Source: Lobosporangium transversale (taxonomy: Eukaryota). Taken from it: a DNA stretch of 64,000 nucleotides. The DNA lies in contig NW_019029008.1 of NCBI RefSeq assembly GCF_002105155.1, positions 1 to 64,000 on the forward strand, in the 5' to 3' direction. Positions 37,532-50,057 of this stretch are shown here, in pieces (within the stretch, counting starts at the first letter, position 1; every line of letters starts with the position of its first letter). Position numbers and translations under genes: made by a program. The notes beneath the pieces were generated by a model. That model did not search any database. It was not told where the DNA came from and saw nothing but the letters and a program-made list of their open reading frames with translations.

Positions 37532-40500
37532 TCAACGCACTCTATAAGCTCGCTTTTTGGAACGCGTGGATCTCGACTGTGGCATTATTCCAATGGACTC
37601 TTCCATTTCTTCTAGCATTACAGCATTCTTGATCCGCAATCGCCTCTTTGGCTTTTTGGCTGTTACCTCCATCGCATCATTCCCAGCAACCTTTTCGTCT
37701 AGATTAGTACTCGTATTGATAACTAGTTCTTCAGCCAAAAGAGTCTGACCTCGGTCATACTGGATCAAAGCTTCATCTTTGTCCTCATCGTCATCCCTGG
37801 CCTCGATCGTTACCTCAATGTCACCTTGATGATTCATATCATGGTTGTCCAACCCATCATCAATGGATGCCATGTATTGGTCACACGTCGCTCCGTGAAG
37901 CATTCCTGATGTATCCATTGAGTTTTGATACTCATCTACTGATGATGGTGACAAGAACTTGGAACAAACAGGGTAAGGAGACGAAACATCCACAGAAATA
38001 GTATCGATAAAATCATCATTCATAGGGTGATCCTTGACTATGTCAGGGTAGCTCTCCTCAGGATTGCTATTTGTTACTGATGATGAGTGTAAGGACGACA
38101 AAAATGATTCAGCCTGAGTACTTGACACAGATACGAGACCAAGATCGTCGCTATCATCCATATCATCCAGTATCTCGGGCATAGTGTACTCTTCAATCTG
38201 CATGTGACCATCTTGTAGAAAGCTACTTGGACTAATACTTTCAACTTCTAGTGGATCCCGAATACCTTGAGCTTGAATGCCTATGCCATGACCATCCTGC
38301 CAACATTCATGGTTATTGCCATCACCATCGATTTGCAATCCCGTCATTGAATCATCTCTTAAAAATCTTCTTGCTCTTTTGCGTGGCGGCGTACACGGGG
38401 TTTGAATAGTTTGTATAACGATGCTCTGGTCAGATTGAAGCGTTGGAAGCAAACTAATTGATGATTTATACTCAGAACAATGAGTAATGGACGGACTAGC
38501 AGGGTTTTCCTTCAGAGCCTTCAAAGGCGATTTTTCCCGCCTCTGTTGCTTCGCTGAAGTATGCGTTGAGGAATGAGGATGAGAGTCTGGACTTGTTATC
38601 TTATGGTGACCTGTATGCTCTTCGGTCCTGTGAACATTTAGACGAGATTCCGGTGCCATCGAGAAACGCAAGGTGCTTCTGGTTTCCTCATAATTATCAT
38701 GACGAGGATTGACATTTACAACTACGCTGATCTTTGTTCTGTTTGATTTTTCGTTAAGAGCAGCTTGAAAGGTCTGGGTTAGTTTGCTTTGCTTATAAGG
38801 TACGGGTTGACGACTCTAATGACGAATTTGATAGCAATTTATTTTTCGGGTTAGAATTAGCATACCAATACCAATAAGCCATATTTTTCGATAGCAATAG
38901 CAAAGGAATAAGGTGTTGGTTCCAAAAACTAACCTTTACTTTTGGTTGCAGATTTGTTTTGAATACCTCCAAACACTGGCGAAGGTGCATCAGGCTACTA
39001 TTGATATTGACAATTTCCCGCTGCTTTTGCAGATTACTGCTGGCCGAATGTAAACGTTCCGAACCAGCCAAGTCCACGATTGACAAACGAGATACTGATG
39101 TCTTCCCTATAGCAGCAGTTTCTGCCGCACTGTTGCCGAGCTGCGGGGTTTTGAGAACCTTGATTGTAAACACAAAGTGACTTCGAGATGGCGTTTTACT
39201 GAGTGCTACAGAAACGTGTCGTTGTGCGAGCCCAGTTTGAAGAACTAATAATGCCTCATCTAAAGTTCGAACCCGGATTTCTTTGAGTCCATGTATGTAC
39301 TTCTGTCCTGTGATATCTGTTCTCAAGTCCAGTGCGGGTTTTTGGGAATTAATCGAACTGGGCACAGTTCCATTTGATGCCGCCGCCTCTCCTAGAAGAT
39401 CATAAATCTTGTCCATGTATAACTCAGCATATGAGATCCAAACTGCATAAGCCATTCCGTTCGGGAGATCAACAACTATATTTGTAATAAAACTGTCATT
39501 AGCAACTCATGGACAATGAAATTTAATAATCGAAATGATTACGGTACACATCCTACACATACTATGGTCTTCAGTATCAGTTTTATCTACTTTTGGTAGA
39601 TCCCTTAACTTGAAGCCGAGTTTTTTGGCGGAGTTGCGGTGTTTCTTGAACTGTGATTTGATACCATCTAGAGATTTTTGGACACCTTGTCCTCTCTCTT
39701 CAATCATCTCTACTCCTTGGTATCCAACCGGACGGTACTGGTCGGCCTCATCAGAACTTTCAACACATTGTCCAATAGAGCGAAAGATGACAGCAAGAGC
39801 TCTTGGTAGGATACCAGCCTTGCCGGGATGGTTTGATCCGATCATGGTATGGGCCTTCCCCGAGTTCCTGCCTCCGTAACCAAACAGGAGTGCGCTGAAA
39901 TTGCTTTCTAGGAGTACTGATGCTATGAGTGGGAAGCATACCTCTTCAAAGACTTCAGCTTGGATTGCTGTGGGCTCAAATGCCCGAAAAAACTCATATT
40001 TCGATGGCTCCTTGAAACGGACCTAGTAACGGTGGTTTCATCACGATTAATACGAAGAGTCGACCACATCAGTCGTATGCTTACAGGAAATCAACCAATG
40101 TCTTTCATAACAATCGCCAAGCTCAACTCACATGAGGTGAAGGTGACAAGAGTACATCGCTTTTGTTCAGAACTTTTACATAGCTTTCGTGGCCTTTGCT
40201 CTCAATGGACCTTATACGTAAGAAAATCTAGGTTCAATATCATCATCGACGTCATTAATGGAAAATAAAGATACACGACGACGCTTTAACAAGATTCAAG
40301 TATTTACCTTGACTGGCTCCGAATCCGAGAGATCATGATGAAAAGAATATTGGTCTAGTAGACTATCATGTTGTAAGACAGTTGGCGAAGATGGGATAGA
40401 TTCTGTTGACACCGTCGAGGCAGCAGGCGAGCTTAAAAGAGCTAAATCGCTCAAGGAGATGTGTGAGCGAGCCTCGGGCGATTGTTGGGCCAATTTCTTT

Positions 40501-40882
40501 TTAATAGGCGATTTGACGGAGATATTTTTGTAGAGTTTTGGTGGTGGCAGGAACAACGAGCGATGCTTTGTTCGAGATATGTTCTGATTCACGCCTCCCA
40601 GGGACGCTGAGTACCTCTCCGCCGACTGCGAAGCATTGGTGCTCGCTGCGTGCATTTTCCGCCCTGTATTTGTTCTTTCAAGAGACAAAATCCTGTCAAT
40701 ATGTCAAAGAAAGTTTAAGCTCTCCTTGTTGCAACCTTTCAATTATGAATCGTTTATGGTGCGAGTTGTCCAAGGCATCCTTACTGTGGCTGGTTAGGAT
40801 GGCGCACCTTGTCGCGAGATACACTTCCTAATGGTTTCTGTTGTACATGCTTTGCATGCCTTCTACGGCCATCTTTGGCCAT
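37532..40882 (-). CDS. Divergent kinesin-6-like motor protein (KIF20/KIF23 group), about 6 exons
   Basis: PVK|IFLRIR, FGYGGRNSGKAHTM, a long loop-6 insertion typical of kinesin-6, SRSH, IVDLAGSER, NINSSL, VPYKQSKLT, ETRSTLRFS. Confidence 0.85.
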
Positions 40883-42477
40883 GACTTGAAAAATGTGTAA
40901 AGGAAATGGAGTTCGCGAAGAAATAAACAAAAAGAGAGAAGGCGAAGTTTAGCAGTCGTCCTTGAAACTAAATTAAGGGTTGTTGTGTCTTTTTGTTATT
41001 AGTGTTGATGTTGTCTTGGCGACTGTTCGATGGCTGTTGGTTTCCCAAACCTTTCTTGATTTAACCGTATTTAGCAGAATTAGTGAGCATCCCTTGAATA
41101 GCTGCCATCCAGAGAGGCTACTTAGAATGGACAGGATTCACTGTGTTGTTCAAAAACAATAAAACTTGGCCGTAAGTCTATTAATTCTCAAACCATGAGG
41201 CAAAAATGCCTCTGGACGCTTCAATAGGATTGTGGCGTGCTTTAGAGGCGTAGAAAAGACAGCATTGAGCAATAGAGGATATAGGATCTGTTCTTTGGAG
41301 GCAAACTTTTTGAAGCTACGCCTTTTGCTGGTAAAAACACAAATGGCTCCCGTTTTCCGCATACTTCAGCGCTTCCACAATTCAAAGGCTGTGACGTAGC
41401 CATCAAATATACACATCCCTCGCAAAAGTTCAGGTGTGATGCAAAGAGTACTGTTTAAGGGACTTAAACCATATGGAGTCTGAACAGTCGCCCTTTGGTC
41501 CACAAGTGTACCTCAGCATGTCAACATGGACCGCCACAAAACTATCTGTTGCTTTCCATTAACACCGCTATCTATGTTGTTAAAGAATGCTAAGGGTTAT
41601 GTTAAGGGCAAGTCCCATGGATCGTGGCTTTTGCTCTAAGCATGATTGCAGACGCAAATTGTCAGTTGCTACTCTAGTTTTTGCTGTGATTGGCCATTTT
41701 TTGAATATTGGTAATGAACAAACACGGAGGTGCCTGGATTGTAGACAGAGTTATTGTTATAAACATTACTTTCATCTACTCAGGAGCAACGATCTGGTTT
41801 TCTTATGCCATATGTGAAAGAGAAATAATGATTTTATTGGACAAGTGCATACTTGACAGCAAGGTGAAAGCAACTAAATATCAATTGACAGTAATGAATT
41901 GTAGGGTTGTTTGCTTATTGCAATCGAAGTCAATGAATGGACTGTAGAAAAGCCAGAGAGGCAATGGTTAATGAGAACATGAGGTAGATGTTAAAATGAG
42001 CTCATTCAACAAAATGCCGTGTTTAAAAGGTTGGAACGCGCTTCCATTTTGGTACGAAGAGGATTTTAGGAGAAAAAAACTTTTTCGTGAAGAGGAATAG
42101 TCACCCTTTGCATCTTTATTAATTCAATGTTATTTGGCTGAATGAAGGTTTCAAAGCCCTTGCGTCTATTGTGGGCTAGCCCCTCTAAACGTTTTTGGTG
42201 AGAAAAGATGATGATGGGAAGAACACAATGAAGTCGGCGCAAAACAAGGTCAAGGATAGTCGGATGATCGGACCATTCGGATAAAAAAAAAAAGAAAAAG
42301 GAAAGCACGGTGCTTCAGCGCAGAAGCGTTGTTCTTGATTTGACCCAGTCTAGATACTTGCTTTGTACATGTTTTTACGCTTTGTTCAAGGAGGTGTCAA
42401 AGACAAAAAAACCTGTGAACAAATTATGCAAACAATCGTATAGCGATCAGTTCCAGATTGTGCATTCGCATTACATG

Positions 42478-42483
42478 TATAAA
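42478..42483 (+). promoter_or_regulatory. Putative TATA box of beta-trefoil gene A
   Basis: TATAAA is followed by a pyrimidine-rich leader and a 5'UTR intron (gtacaa...ttag) ending 10 nt before ATG 42701. Confidence 0.45.
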
Positions 42484-42700
42484 TATCCTTTCACTTTCCC
42501 TGTTACCCTTTTTTTTTATTTTGCTTTTTTCTTTCTTCCTCAAACAACTACATTGTTATTCACCATCTCTTCAGGTACAAGGTGCAGCTGCCCTGTTTAT
42601 TCTCATTTTTCAGATGAAAAAAAAAAAAAAAAAAAAAATTGCCACATCACCTTTTTTCATCTCATCATATCTCATCATTTTTTTTATTAGCACGTTAAGT

Positions 42701-43261
42701 ATGTATCCTTTAGTAGGTTTCTTGGTCATGTCTCTGCTCTTCATGCTTGAACAAGCCCTTGCGGTGTCAATCCCTAATGGAAATTATCGTATCCAGCAAG
42801 GCAATCGGTATTTGAGTGCTGGAAAGTACAAGTCAGATTCAATTGCGTTCTTACTCCCCGGAGACGACGAGTGGGAACAAATCTGGAGAGTTGAAAATGA
42901 AAGCGATGGTACTGTCACCATTACCAGTCCAGACACGGGGCGTTTCCTCACACTGGGCCAAGGAATTGCGCAACCACACGCATACGTGATGTTTTCGAGA
43001 TTTTGGCAGACATGGAAGCTCGAACCAGGCTCTGATAGCGGTTTATATGCTATTGCCTATCCTGGTGGCCCCGTGCACGGAAATACCCTTGCTATTGATC
43101 TTTCTCCAAATGACCGCTCCACTAATCGCCTTCACCTCGAAGTCGTTAACTCTGAATCAAGCCATGCCAAATGGAGCTTCGAGCGCATGCACGGCGATGG
43201 CAAATTATCATCATGCGGCCCTGAACGATCGCAGCCTCTCTTCCGTGTACAGAAAGTTTGA
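42701..43261 (+). CDS. Secreted beta-trefoil (ricin-B-like lectin / fungal inhibitor-like) protein, copy A, 186 aa
   Basis: Signal peptide ending ALA; G-x-Y-R-I, QIW, QTW and KW repeats of the QxW type; single coding exon. Confidence 0.8.
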   Translation: MYPLVGFLVMSLLFMLEQALAVSIPNGNYRIQQGNRYLSAGKYKSDSIAFLLPGDDEWEQIWRVENESDGTVTITSPDTGRFLTLGQGIAQPHAYVMFSRFWQTWKLEPGSDSGLYAIAYPGGPVHGNTLAIDLSPNDRSTNRLHLEVVNSESSHAKWSFERMHGDGKLSSCGPERSQPLFRVQKV

Positions 43262-43890
43262 TAGTTGTAGCTACTGTCAATTAGGATCTCTTCATGTAAA
43301 TTTTATTTTGGCACATACCAATGGTGCGTTTTGACAATGGCAACATATATTATGAGAATAAAGTATGAGTGCACTTTCCCCAGGAAATGGGGGAATAAAG
43401 ATATGTAATGCATAAAAAATCGATTAAAGGAAAACCACATTCCATTTCCCACAAGGACCACCAACCAAAAAAATGATTTTTTCTATATGCCTATAAACAT
43501 GTATCTTGTACGCGTCACTTTTTATTAAATTTCGAAAATACAGTTCGACACCTAAAGGCTCTTTATGAGGCGTTCAACAAACTTAATATAATCCCCACCA
43601 AGACGTCAATGGATGACAACACGTCGTTCATAATAGACTTACGATTACCACTTCAGCCTTCCCCTTTTTCTAACCCATGAGGAGCGCAGACCAAACAATC
43701 CACATCTACATACTATCCATTCCACTAACGGCACTCTTTCAGAGACATTCACACTTCGGGTCTGTGCTTTTAGTCTCTTGGCATTGTGTGCTTCCTTTAT
43801 TCTTTAGTGCTGTGCTATAATGGTGCATCTTCATATAGCTATTTAGGCTGTTGGCTATTTTTTTTTTTTTTATTTATTTGTTTTTTTCAG

Positions 43891-44044
43891 GTGGTTCGCC
43901 CAGCCGCCTCTTGAATGCTATTCTTGTATTAGTGTAGCCAGCTCTTGCTACGACTCTCGGTAACAGACCTTACTGGATTGAACAGTAGGAGCAGCTAATT
44001 GGCATCGGAGCCTGCTTATTCAACCTAATGGCAATTAGTCTCAG
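43891..44044 (+). pseudogene. Truncated beta-trefoil pseudogene, copy C
   Basis: After an intron acceptor: GTG start, frameshift, then ...LV*PALATTLGNRPYWIEQ*EQLIGI...LIQPNGN*SQ, which aligns with the N-terminus of copies A and B. Confidence 0.65.
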
Positions 44045-44103
44045 CGCGTTTCAGGCGGCAGTAAGACAAACAGGACAAAGCAAGGAAAACAAGTTTAATT
44101 TTC

Positions 44104-44136
<33 letters not shown>

Positions 44137-44255
44137 TATTATTATGATTTTAATAATAATGTTATTATTGGCATTAGTATTATCAACATAACTCTAAGCT
44201 AATCTTTAAAAATCGATTTGGAAGTCATCAGGGTATTGTTAGCTGAAAGGCCCAA
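44039..44255. repeat. Dispersed degenerate repeat, copy 1 (homologous to 63776-64000)
   Basis: 44195-44255 versus 63938-63998 match at 46/61 positions ungapped by manual count; the tctcagcgcgtttcaggcggcagtaagac and ggacaaagcaaggaaaacaagttt blocks also match. Confidence 0.8.
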
Positions 44256-45045
44256 TATCTACACTAAAACAGAAAACAAAGGAGCATTAGCCCTTCCCAT
44301 AAGAAAATGTGGGTCCGAGGATGATATATGCACTGTGCCGCCTTCCAGCGCCTATTTCGGGTAACAAGATGTGCATGTGGCCGGCCAGTAGCGGTCAAGA
44401 GATAGAAGAAAGATGTATTTGTAATTTCTTTTTTTTTATTTTTTTATTTTGCTTCTAATAGGAGTATCAGCGACTATACGAAATGTTAAATTCATCACGT
44501 CTGCTTCTGTCTCAACTAAAGCGGTACTAAGTACCAATGACCTTGCTTCTCTCCATTCAAGTCCTTTTAACCATAAAAGACTGTAATTGGACTCGAACTA
44601 CTCAAGGGTCTGATGTACGTTTAATCTACAATAGGCTATAAAATTATTTACGGAGTATACCCTATCTTCGTATAGGAATGTAATCCTCGTAGGTCGTCTT
44701 CCTGCCTTCCAGCTGTTTTCCATTGACATTCGTTTTACCTATTGCTATGCATTAGGCAACCGAACAACTTTTTGACTCTTCCATGCGATGAAAGTAAGCA
44801 TTTCCGATGTATGAAAGGCAATAATTTCATTTCAATCATCCATATTAGTCAGTTCCGTTTCTTAGATATGGTAAAGCAACAAGGATATTCCTCCGGCGTT
44901 AAAAGTAGGGTGGCATTCAAAAATGTCGAAGTCTACAACGAGGCTGCTGCTCATAGAATGAATATATGGCTCTTGTCCACCACAAATGGCAGTAAGGGAC
45001 ATCAAAGGAATATGGGTCAGCACGAGTATCGTTAGAGCGAGCCCG

Positions 45046-45078
<33 letters not shown>

Positions 45079-46017
45079 GCTGCAGCAATACGCATATCAA
45101 TAATTATGTCCTTATTCCTCGTGGGCGATATGAAATGAGTATCGCAACATTTACATCTACAATACTCGAGCATACTACTCGTAATATAAATGGAATTTCA
45201 AAGCTCAACGTCGCTGTTCTGGCGTTTTTTATCTCTTTGGCCTAATAGCGTTTTTAAGTGAATTACCTGTTAGGAGTTTTTCCCAATAAGGCCACCTATT
45301 GTTATCTAAAATGTAATATTTATTTTGAGGAATAAAGCATAGAGGTTTTTGCGACCAGGGAAAGCGGTGAGAAGAGAGCGGCATCTTAAAAGGCTTGTAA
45401 GGGAAACGTCTAATTTCTTATTCTTTTGATCTTTCGTATCAACCATAACGACGTTTTTTGCCAAGGAGGGAGACATCCGAACGATCTGCAGTCTAAATAA
45501 TTCGGTGGAGTAACTTAAATCAGGAAGGAAAAAAAAGGATAGATAGCAGAGGTATCCCCAAACCTTCTCATTGGTTTGGAAAATATATTGCATCTGATCT
45601 CTTTCTGCACCAATTGCTGAATTGAATCAACCTTGTGTGCACTAGGGGAGAGTACTTATCAGTGGTCGATTACGCGGGTTCATCTTAAAAAACAGGATAG
45701 GGAAGCATGAATTGGGTTGAGTGAACGTTAATGTATGGCCTATGGTAGACTGAAAGAAAAGGTGCCACTTCCTCACGCAAAAAAAGAAAAGAATGTCTAC
45801 TCGACGAGATCATTTAAATATCTCCCTGTTCTCCTTTCAACTTTCCCTTCTCCAAGCATCTCCTACTCTTTTCGGAAACATTGACATCTCAGGTAGGTGC
45901 TTCCGCCTTCCAAATATTACGTACTCTGTTTGGCCTTTACTACTGTATAGTGGAACTAAAGTTTAAAACTGGTGAGTTTTGACCTTCTGGTACTTTTATT
46001 CTTTTCTTTTTTCAGTA

Positions 46018-46506
46018 ATGGCCCGTATAGCCGTCCTATTTGCTACCTTTTTTGTCTTGCTGCAAGCGGTCCTTGCTGCTGCCCTAACCGACGGCCTCTA
46101 TCGTATCAGACAAGGAAGTTTACAACTTAGTACGGAAAAAGCGAAGCCGGGATCGCCGGCGGTTTTAATGCCCGACAATGGAGATTTCGAACAAATCTGG
46201 CTCATCCAGCACTTTAAAGGTAATAGCGTCATCATTTCGAGCCTGGAGACAGGTTGTTACCTCGGGCCGCATGGCGAAGCCTACCCTAACGCTATTGTGG
46301 TCGCTGGTAAGAAGTTCCAGATATGGAAGCTCAAGAAGAATAAGGAAGAAGGCACATACAGCTTTGTCTATCCTGAGAAGTTTAACGGCGAGGATATTTT
46401 TATCGGTGTCCTGCCTCTCCCAATCGTTCCACCTCAAGTTGCTCTACAATTAGTAAAAGGACCAGGAGGTTTCCCAACCTACTGGGAGCTTGATAAGGTT
46501 GAATAG
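46018..46506 (+). CDS. Secreted beta-trefoil protein, copy B, 162 aa
   Basis: Signal peptide MARIAVLFATFFVLLQAVLA; DGLYRIRQG, EQIWLI, QIWKL, PPQVALQ, YWEL; 5'UTR intron ends 2 nt before the ATG. Confidence 0.82.
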   Translation: MARIAVLFATFFVLLQAVLAAALTDGLYRIRQGSLQLSTEKAKPGSPAVLMPDNGDFEQIWLIQHFKGNSVIISSLETGCYLGPHGEAYPNAIVVAGKKFQIWKLKKNKEEGTYSFVYPEKFNGEDIFIGVLPLPIVPPQVALQLVKGPGGFPTYWELDKVE

Positions 46507-48690
46507 TTTAAATCTTGCAGCTCTGAGAGAAGCATTCCACACTTCGCGCTTTAAATTGAGTTGAATAAATGGTTGCTTAAAATGAAAAGATCAGGACTGC
46601 CCAGCCTTACTTTTTTTTTTTTTTTTCAGCATAAAGATGCGCTCCTTAAAAGATTGAGTGCCTTGAAGAACCGAATACGAACAAATTGTTCTTACGATGC
46701 TCCTTTACGCTATTAAGCCTTTTTTTTTTTTTTTTTGCCTCACTACTCGAGATCTAGCATCCATCAGAAGCAGCGGTTTTTGTACGCATAAGCAATGGCT
46801 CGTGGTACACGAATACATTATTTATTTATTCTACCTCTCGTTTCTGTTCACTGCTTCGAAAGTACAAAGCTTACAGTATATATTAGAAAAAGCACCTTAT
46901 TTTGGTACGGCAAACATGACGTTCTGCTCAGGACTTGATGCACATGGATACATGAAATAATCAATGACTCTTAACAAACATCCATCGTTTCCTTCCTGCC
47001 TCGCCACCATAATCAACTTTATTAAGCCGCACGGACCAATGCTTGTAATGTATTACTTATTTTAAGATTCAACGTGTTAGTAGTCTTCCCTTGATCGGAA
47101 TTAAGTTATTCACCACATTATCATAGCGATTGCTCCCGAAGATATGCATAGCCATTCATCCCGCGAACGACTGGCCAGAGGCTTGAGGGTCCCGCCAATC
47201 GAATCATAGTAAGCACGTCAATGGAAAGTGAGGGAGCGCAGGTTACGCAAAAAGAAATACTAATTACTCCATGGCCATGGCCAAAATCCTCTAACCCCTG
47301 TCAAGAAGATGGCGACTAAGGTATTATATAGCATCACTGTGCTGGGCAGGGATAGACTTAACAGAGCACGATGTGCTCCGTGTATGTGCATATCCCTCAC
47401 AAGGCTTTCCTAAACCAAGTTCTGAGAGTCTTGTTATCCGTGATGATTGATCTTTTGCAAATAGCATCTTTTCATCGTGATTTTGCGCCTCACGGACCCC
47501 TTGGGTTATCATTTCTAAATCTAAAGCTTCCAGTAGAGGTGTACGTTACTATCTTTTTTTTGCTCTCGATACAGACGAAAACAATCGGAGTTTCCAGTTG
47601 GAGCAGGTAATAAAATAACAATGAATCAAGCGAAGTGCGTGCGTTTCCTCTATATTCCCTTAACTAATACCTGTATAATTATGTTGGGTTGCTGATAAAA
47701 AGGAGCTCCACAAAAATAATGATGGCAGCAAAGGTATAGATGAAGAGGAAGTGGATAAAAATGTCGAAGAGAGTTACAATGTTAATGGCAATGAAGGTGT
47801 TGTTAGCTACCGAGTACCAATTATGACAATTTCTCATCACTATCCCTCAATAATCAGCAATACATTAATGTACGACATTTTGGTTGTTTTACGAAGGATT
47901 GGGCACACTTGAGCAGGCTGCAACAGCATTGCGTCGCTCTATCGTACCGTTCACTGGGCATACAAGAGCCATGTGCAGTGCCAAACAAGCGTTCTTATAT
48001 CGATGAAAGGCGATGGGCAAGTGGAGGTTAGATAACTATCAGAATTGAGTATATTTGATGCCTTATGTCAGAGGACATCATGAGGAGCGAAAGTGCTGCT
48101 GAAGTGCATTTCCCTAAAGTCAAGGGGACCTTTGCAACAAATATGACATCGCGAGGGATAACATAATGGACATGACGTTAGCGCCATCTTCTGTCATGTC
48201 AATGGATAACAGGGTGTTGCGATTAGCAGTCATTTCATATGGATTTTTGCTGTAATAAATTTCTTTATCTTTTTTATTTAACGAAGCTCCTTGGATCAGA
48301 ATAAACATCTTTCTTTCGTTCTCGTCACTTATTAGGATCCTAGCATATTTCAGAGGCTATGACATGGCTATAGAAGATTTGCATCAAAACGGCTCCTTCA
48401 AAGAGTCGCAGGAAAGATTACGAAACATACCATTAAACATTCTTATTCGATGATTTTTACGAGGAAACAAAGGGAGAAGGCTTTATTTATGCCTTCGTCC
48501 CCCCAATGCACGTGATATTGCGCAACCTGTTCTCCTTAATAAGAAAAAAAGGTCCGATGTGAAAGTGAAAGAGGATGTCAAAAACAAAGATGAACTTTAT
48601 TGGTATACAGGCTTGACTCCTTTTTATAGGGTTATAGGATCAAGTGCTAGTAACCTGCTGCGATGTGCTACTGTATAATCGCTTGGGTTA

Positions 48691-48888
48691 TTAAACAGTA
48701 CAGATGCAAACCATGTTAGAATCACAATGTCCTCCATGAATATACCCTTGCGCGATGCAGGATGCAGTGCAACAGGCATTTGCGCCGCCCCACCACTCAC
48801 AAGCTTGACAGCTGGTTCTCTTCTGTAACATTGGATTCGCCATAGTGGTCGCAACCAAGAGCAGGGCGATGATGTATCCTTTCAGCAT
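48691..48888 (-). CDS. Defensin-like prepropeptide (CS-alpha-beta fold), mature peptide 41 aa with 8 Cys
   Basis: Signal peptide, short pro-region ending in a Kex2 site KR, then TSCQACEWWGGANACCTASCIAQGYIHGGHCDSNMVCICTV containing CxxxC, GGxC and CxC; TATTTAAA upstream at ~49062-49069. Confidence 0.88.
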   Translation of the reverse strand: MLKGYIIALLLVATTMANPMLQKRTSCQACEWWGGANACCTASCIAQGYIHGGHCDSNMVCICTV

Positions 48889-49602
48889 TTTAGGGAGAGT
48901 GGTGCAATGTAGGTTCTGCAGGGGTTCTTATGAGCGTTCTTGGCTTGAGCGCTGAGGAAGCGAGGCGGAAGACTCTTGTGATGGATTTTGTTACACTGCG
49001 GAGAATAGAGGGCGTTGGTACGGATTGAGCGTTGATACGGATATCCTAAAGGTGCAACCCCTTTAAATACTTTTTATGAACCTGGTGTTGAGGTGGCAAC
49101 ATCGAGAGACAATATCAAGGATGACAACAGCAATGGAGCATATGGAAATCAAAGGATTGTGGAAGGAGACCATGGAATGCTCGAAAAAAAAAAAATTAAG
49201 GTATGCTAGAAAAAAGTCAGGAGAAGCTGGGAACCACTGACACCTTCTTAGTCTTCTTTTGTTATTTCAGCAAAAAAGTCGCCAAGTTCATTCTGTACTG
49301 GTGGAATAAGCTGTATATTCCAATTTGGACCTCTAAGCAATCCAGGAGAGCGGCAAAATTGAGTGAGGGATGTCCAAGGCCGAGTATCAAATGTGAAAGT
49401 AGATTGGTATTCCTGTATAATGAGACGTATTTGTAATCTGTGCAGAGCATGTCCTCAGAATGTGAATTATCATACTGAAGTTCCATTCTAAAAGTGAAAA
49501 CGTGCAGACCAAGTCCATGCCTAATCAAATGAAGCTCCTGTGCGAAGACTATTTTACATGCATATTCAACTTTTATTTTATTTTATATTATTTTCCTCAG
49601 CA

Positions 49603-50057
49603 AAGGCTCCATCTACCATATTCCTGCTTACCTTCCTTATCTCATTACAAGCGTCTCTTGCTAATGTCCTTTGTACTGGGTAGCACGGGAATGGCAAAGC
49701 CGAAAATTCCTGCTTATTTTTGAGGAATATGGAAATTTCGGCCAAGTTTGGTACATCGGATACATTGGCGATAATCAAGTTACCATTTTGAGCACAAAGA
49801 CAAGCCGCTACCTCAGATTGCATGAAGATGCTTATCCCTTTGCCTATATAGTCGCTGGCAAGGGTTCATAGAAATAGAAGCTTAAGAAAAGCGAGGAAAG
49901 TAAAGGCCACTAGAGCTTTGTCTACCCGGAGCAGGTTGTATACAAGGAATGAGCTAGCAACCTCTCACCCTTCGAAAACCATCCTGTTCGTGTTTCTCTG
50001 ACGCCCTAGATGGATCTTTAGGCACGACGACTCATTAGAGACTTGAGAGGATTGATT
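49603..50057 (+). pseudogene. Beta-trefoil pseudogene, copy D
   Basis: ATG->AAG in front of the signal peptide APSTIFLLTFLISLQASLA; GNFGQVWYI..VTILSTKTSRYL..AYPFAYIVAGK; several TAG stops and frameshifts; ends TTH*RLERID. Confidence 0.85.

Noticed and set aside
42458..42700. N-terminal extensions given by the ORF track for beta-trefoil A (and similarly 45979-46017 for B)
   Set aside because: They run through the 5'UTR intron and homopolymers; signal peptides begin at 42701 and 46018.
47690..48110. Acidic coding-like stretch (ELHKNNDGSKGIDEEEVDK...)
   Set aside because: No start or identifiable family; probably a relic but unassignable.
49860..50040. TAG stops at Trp positions in pseudogene D as possible A-to-I editing sites
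   Set aside because: The start codon is lost, frameshifts are present, and other TAGs replace Gln/Tyr; ordinary decay explains it.
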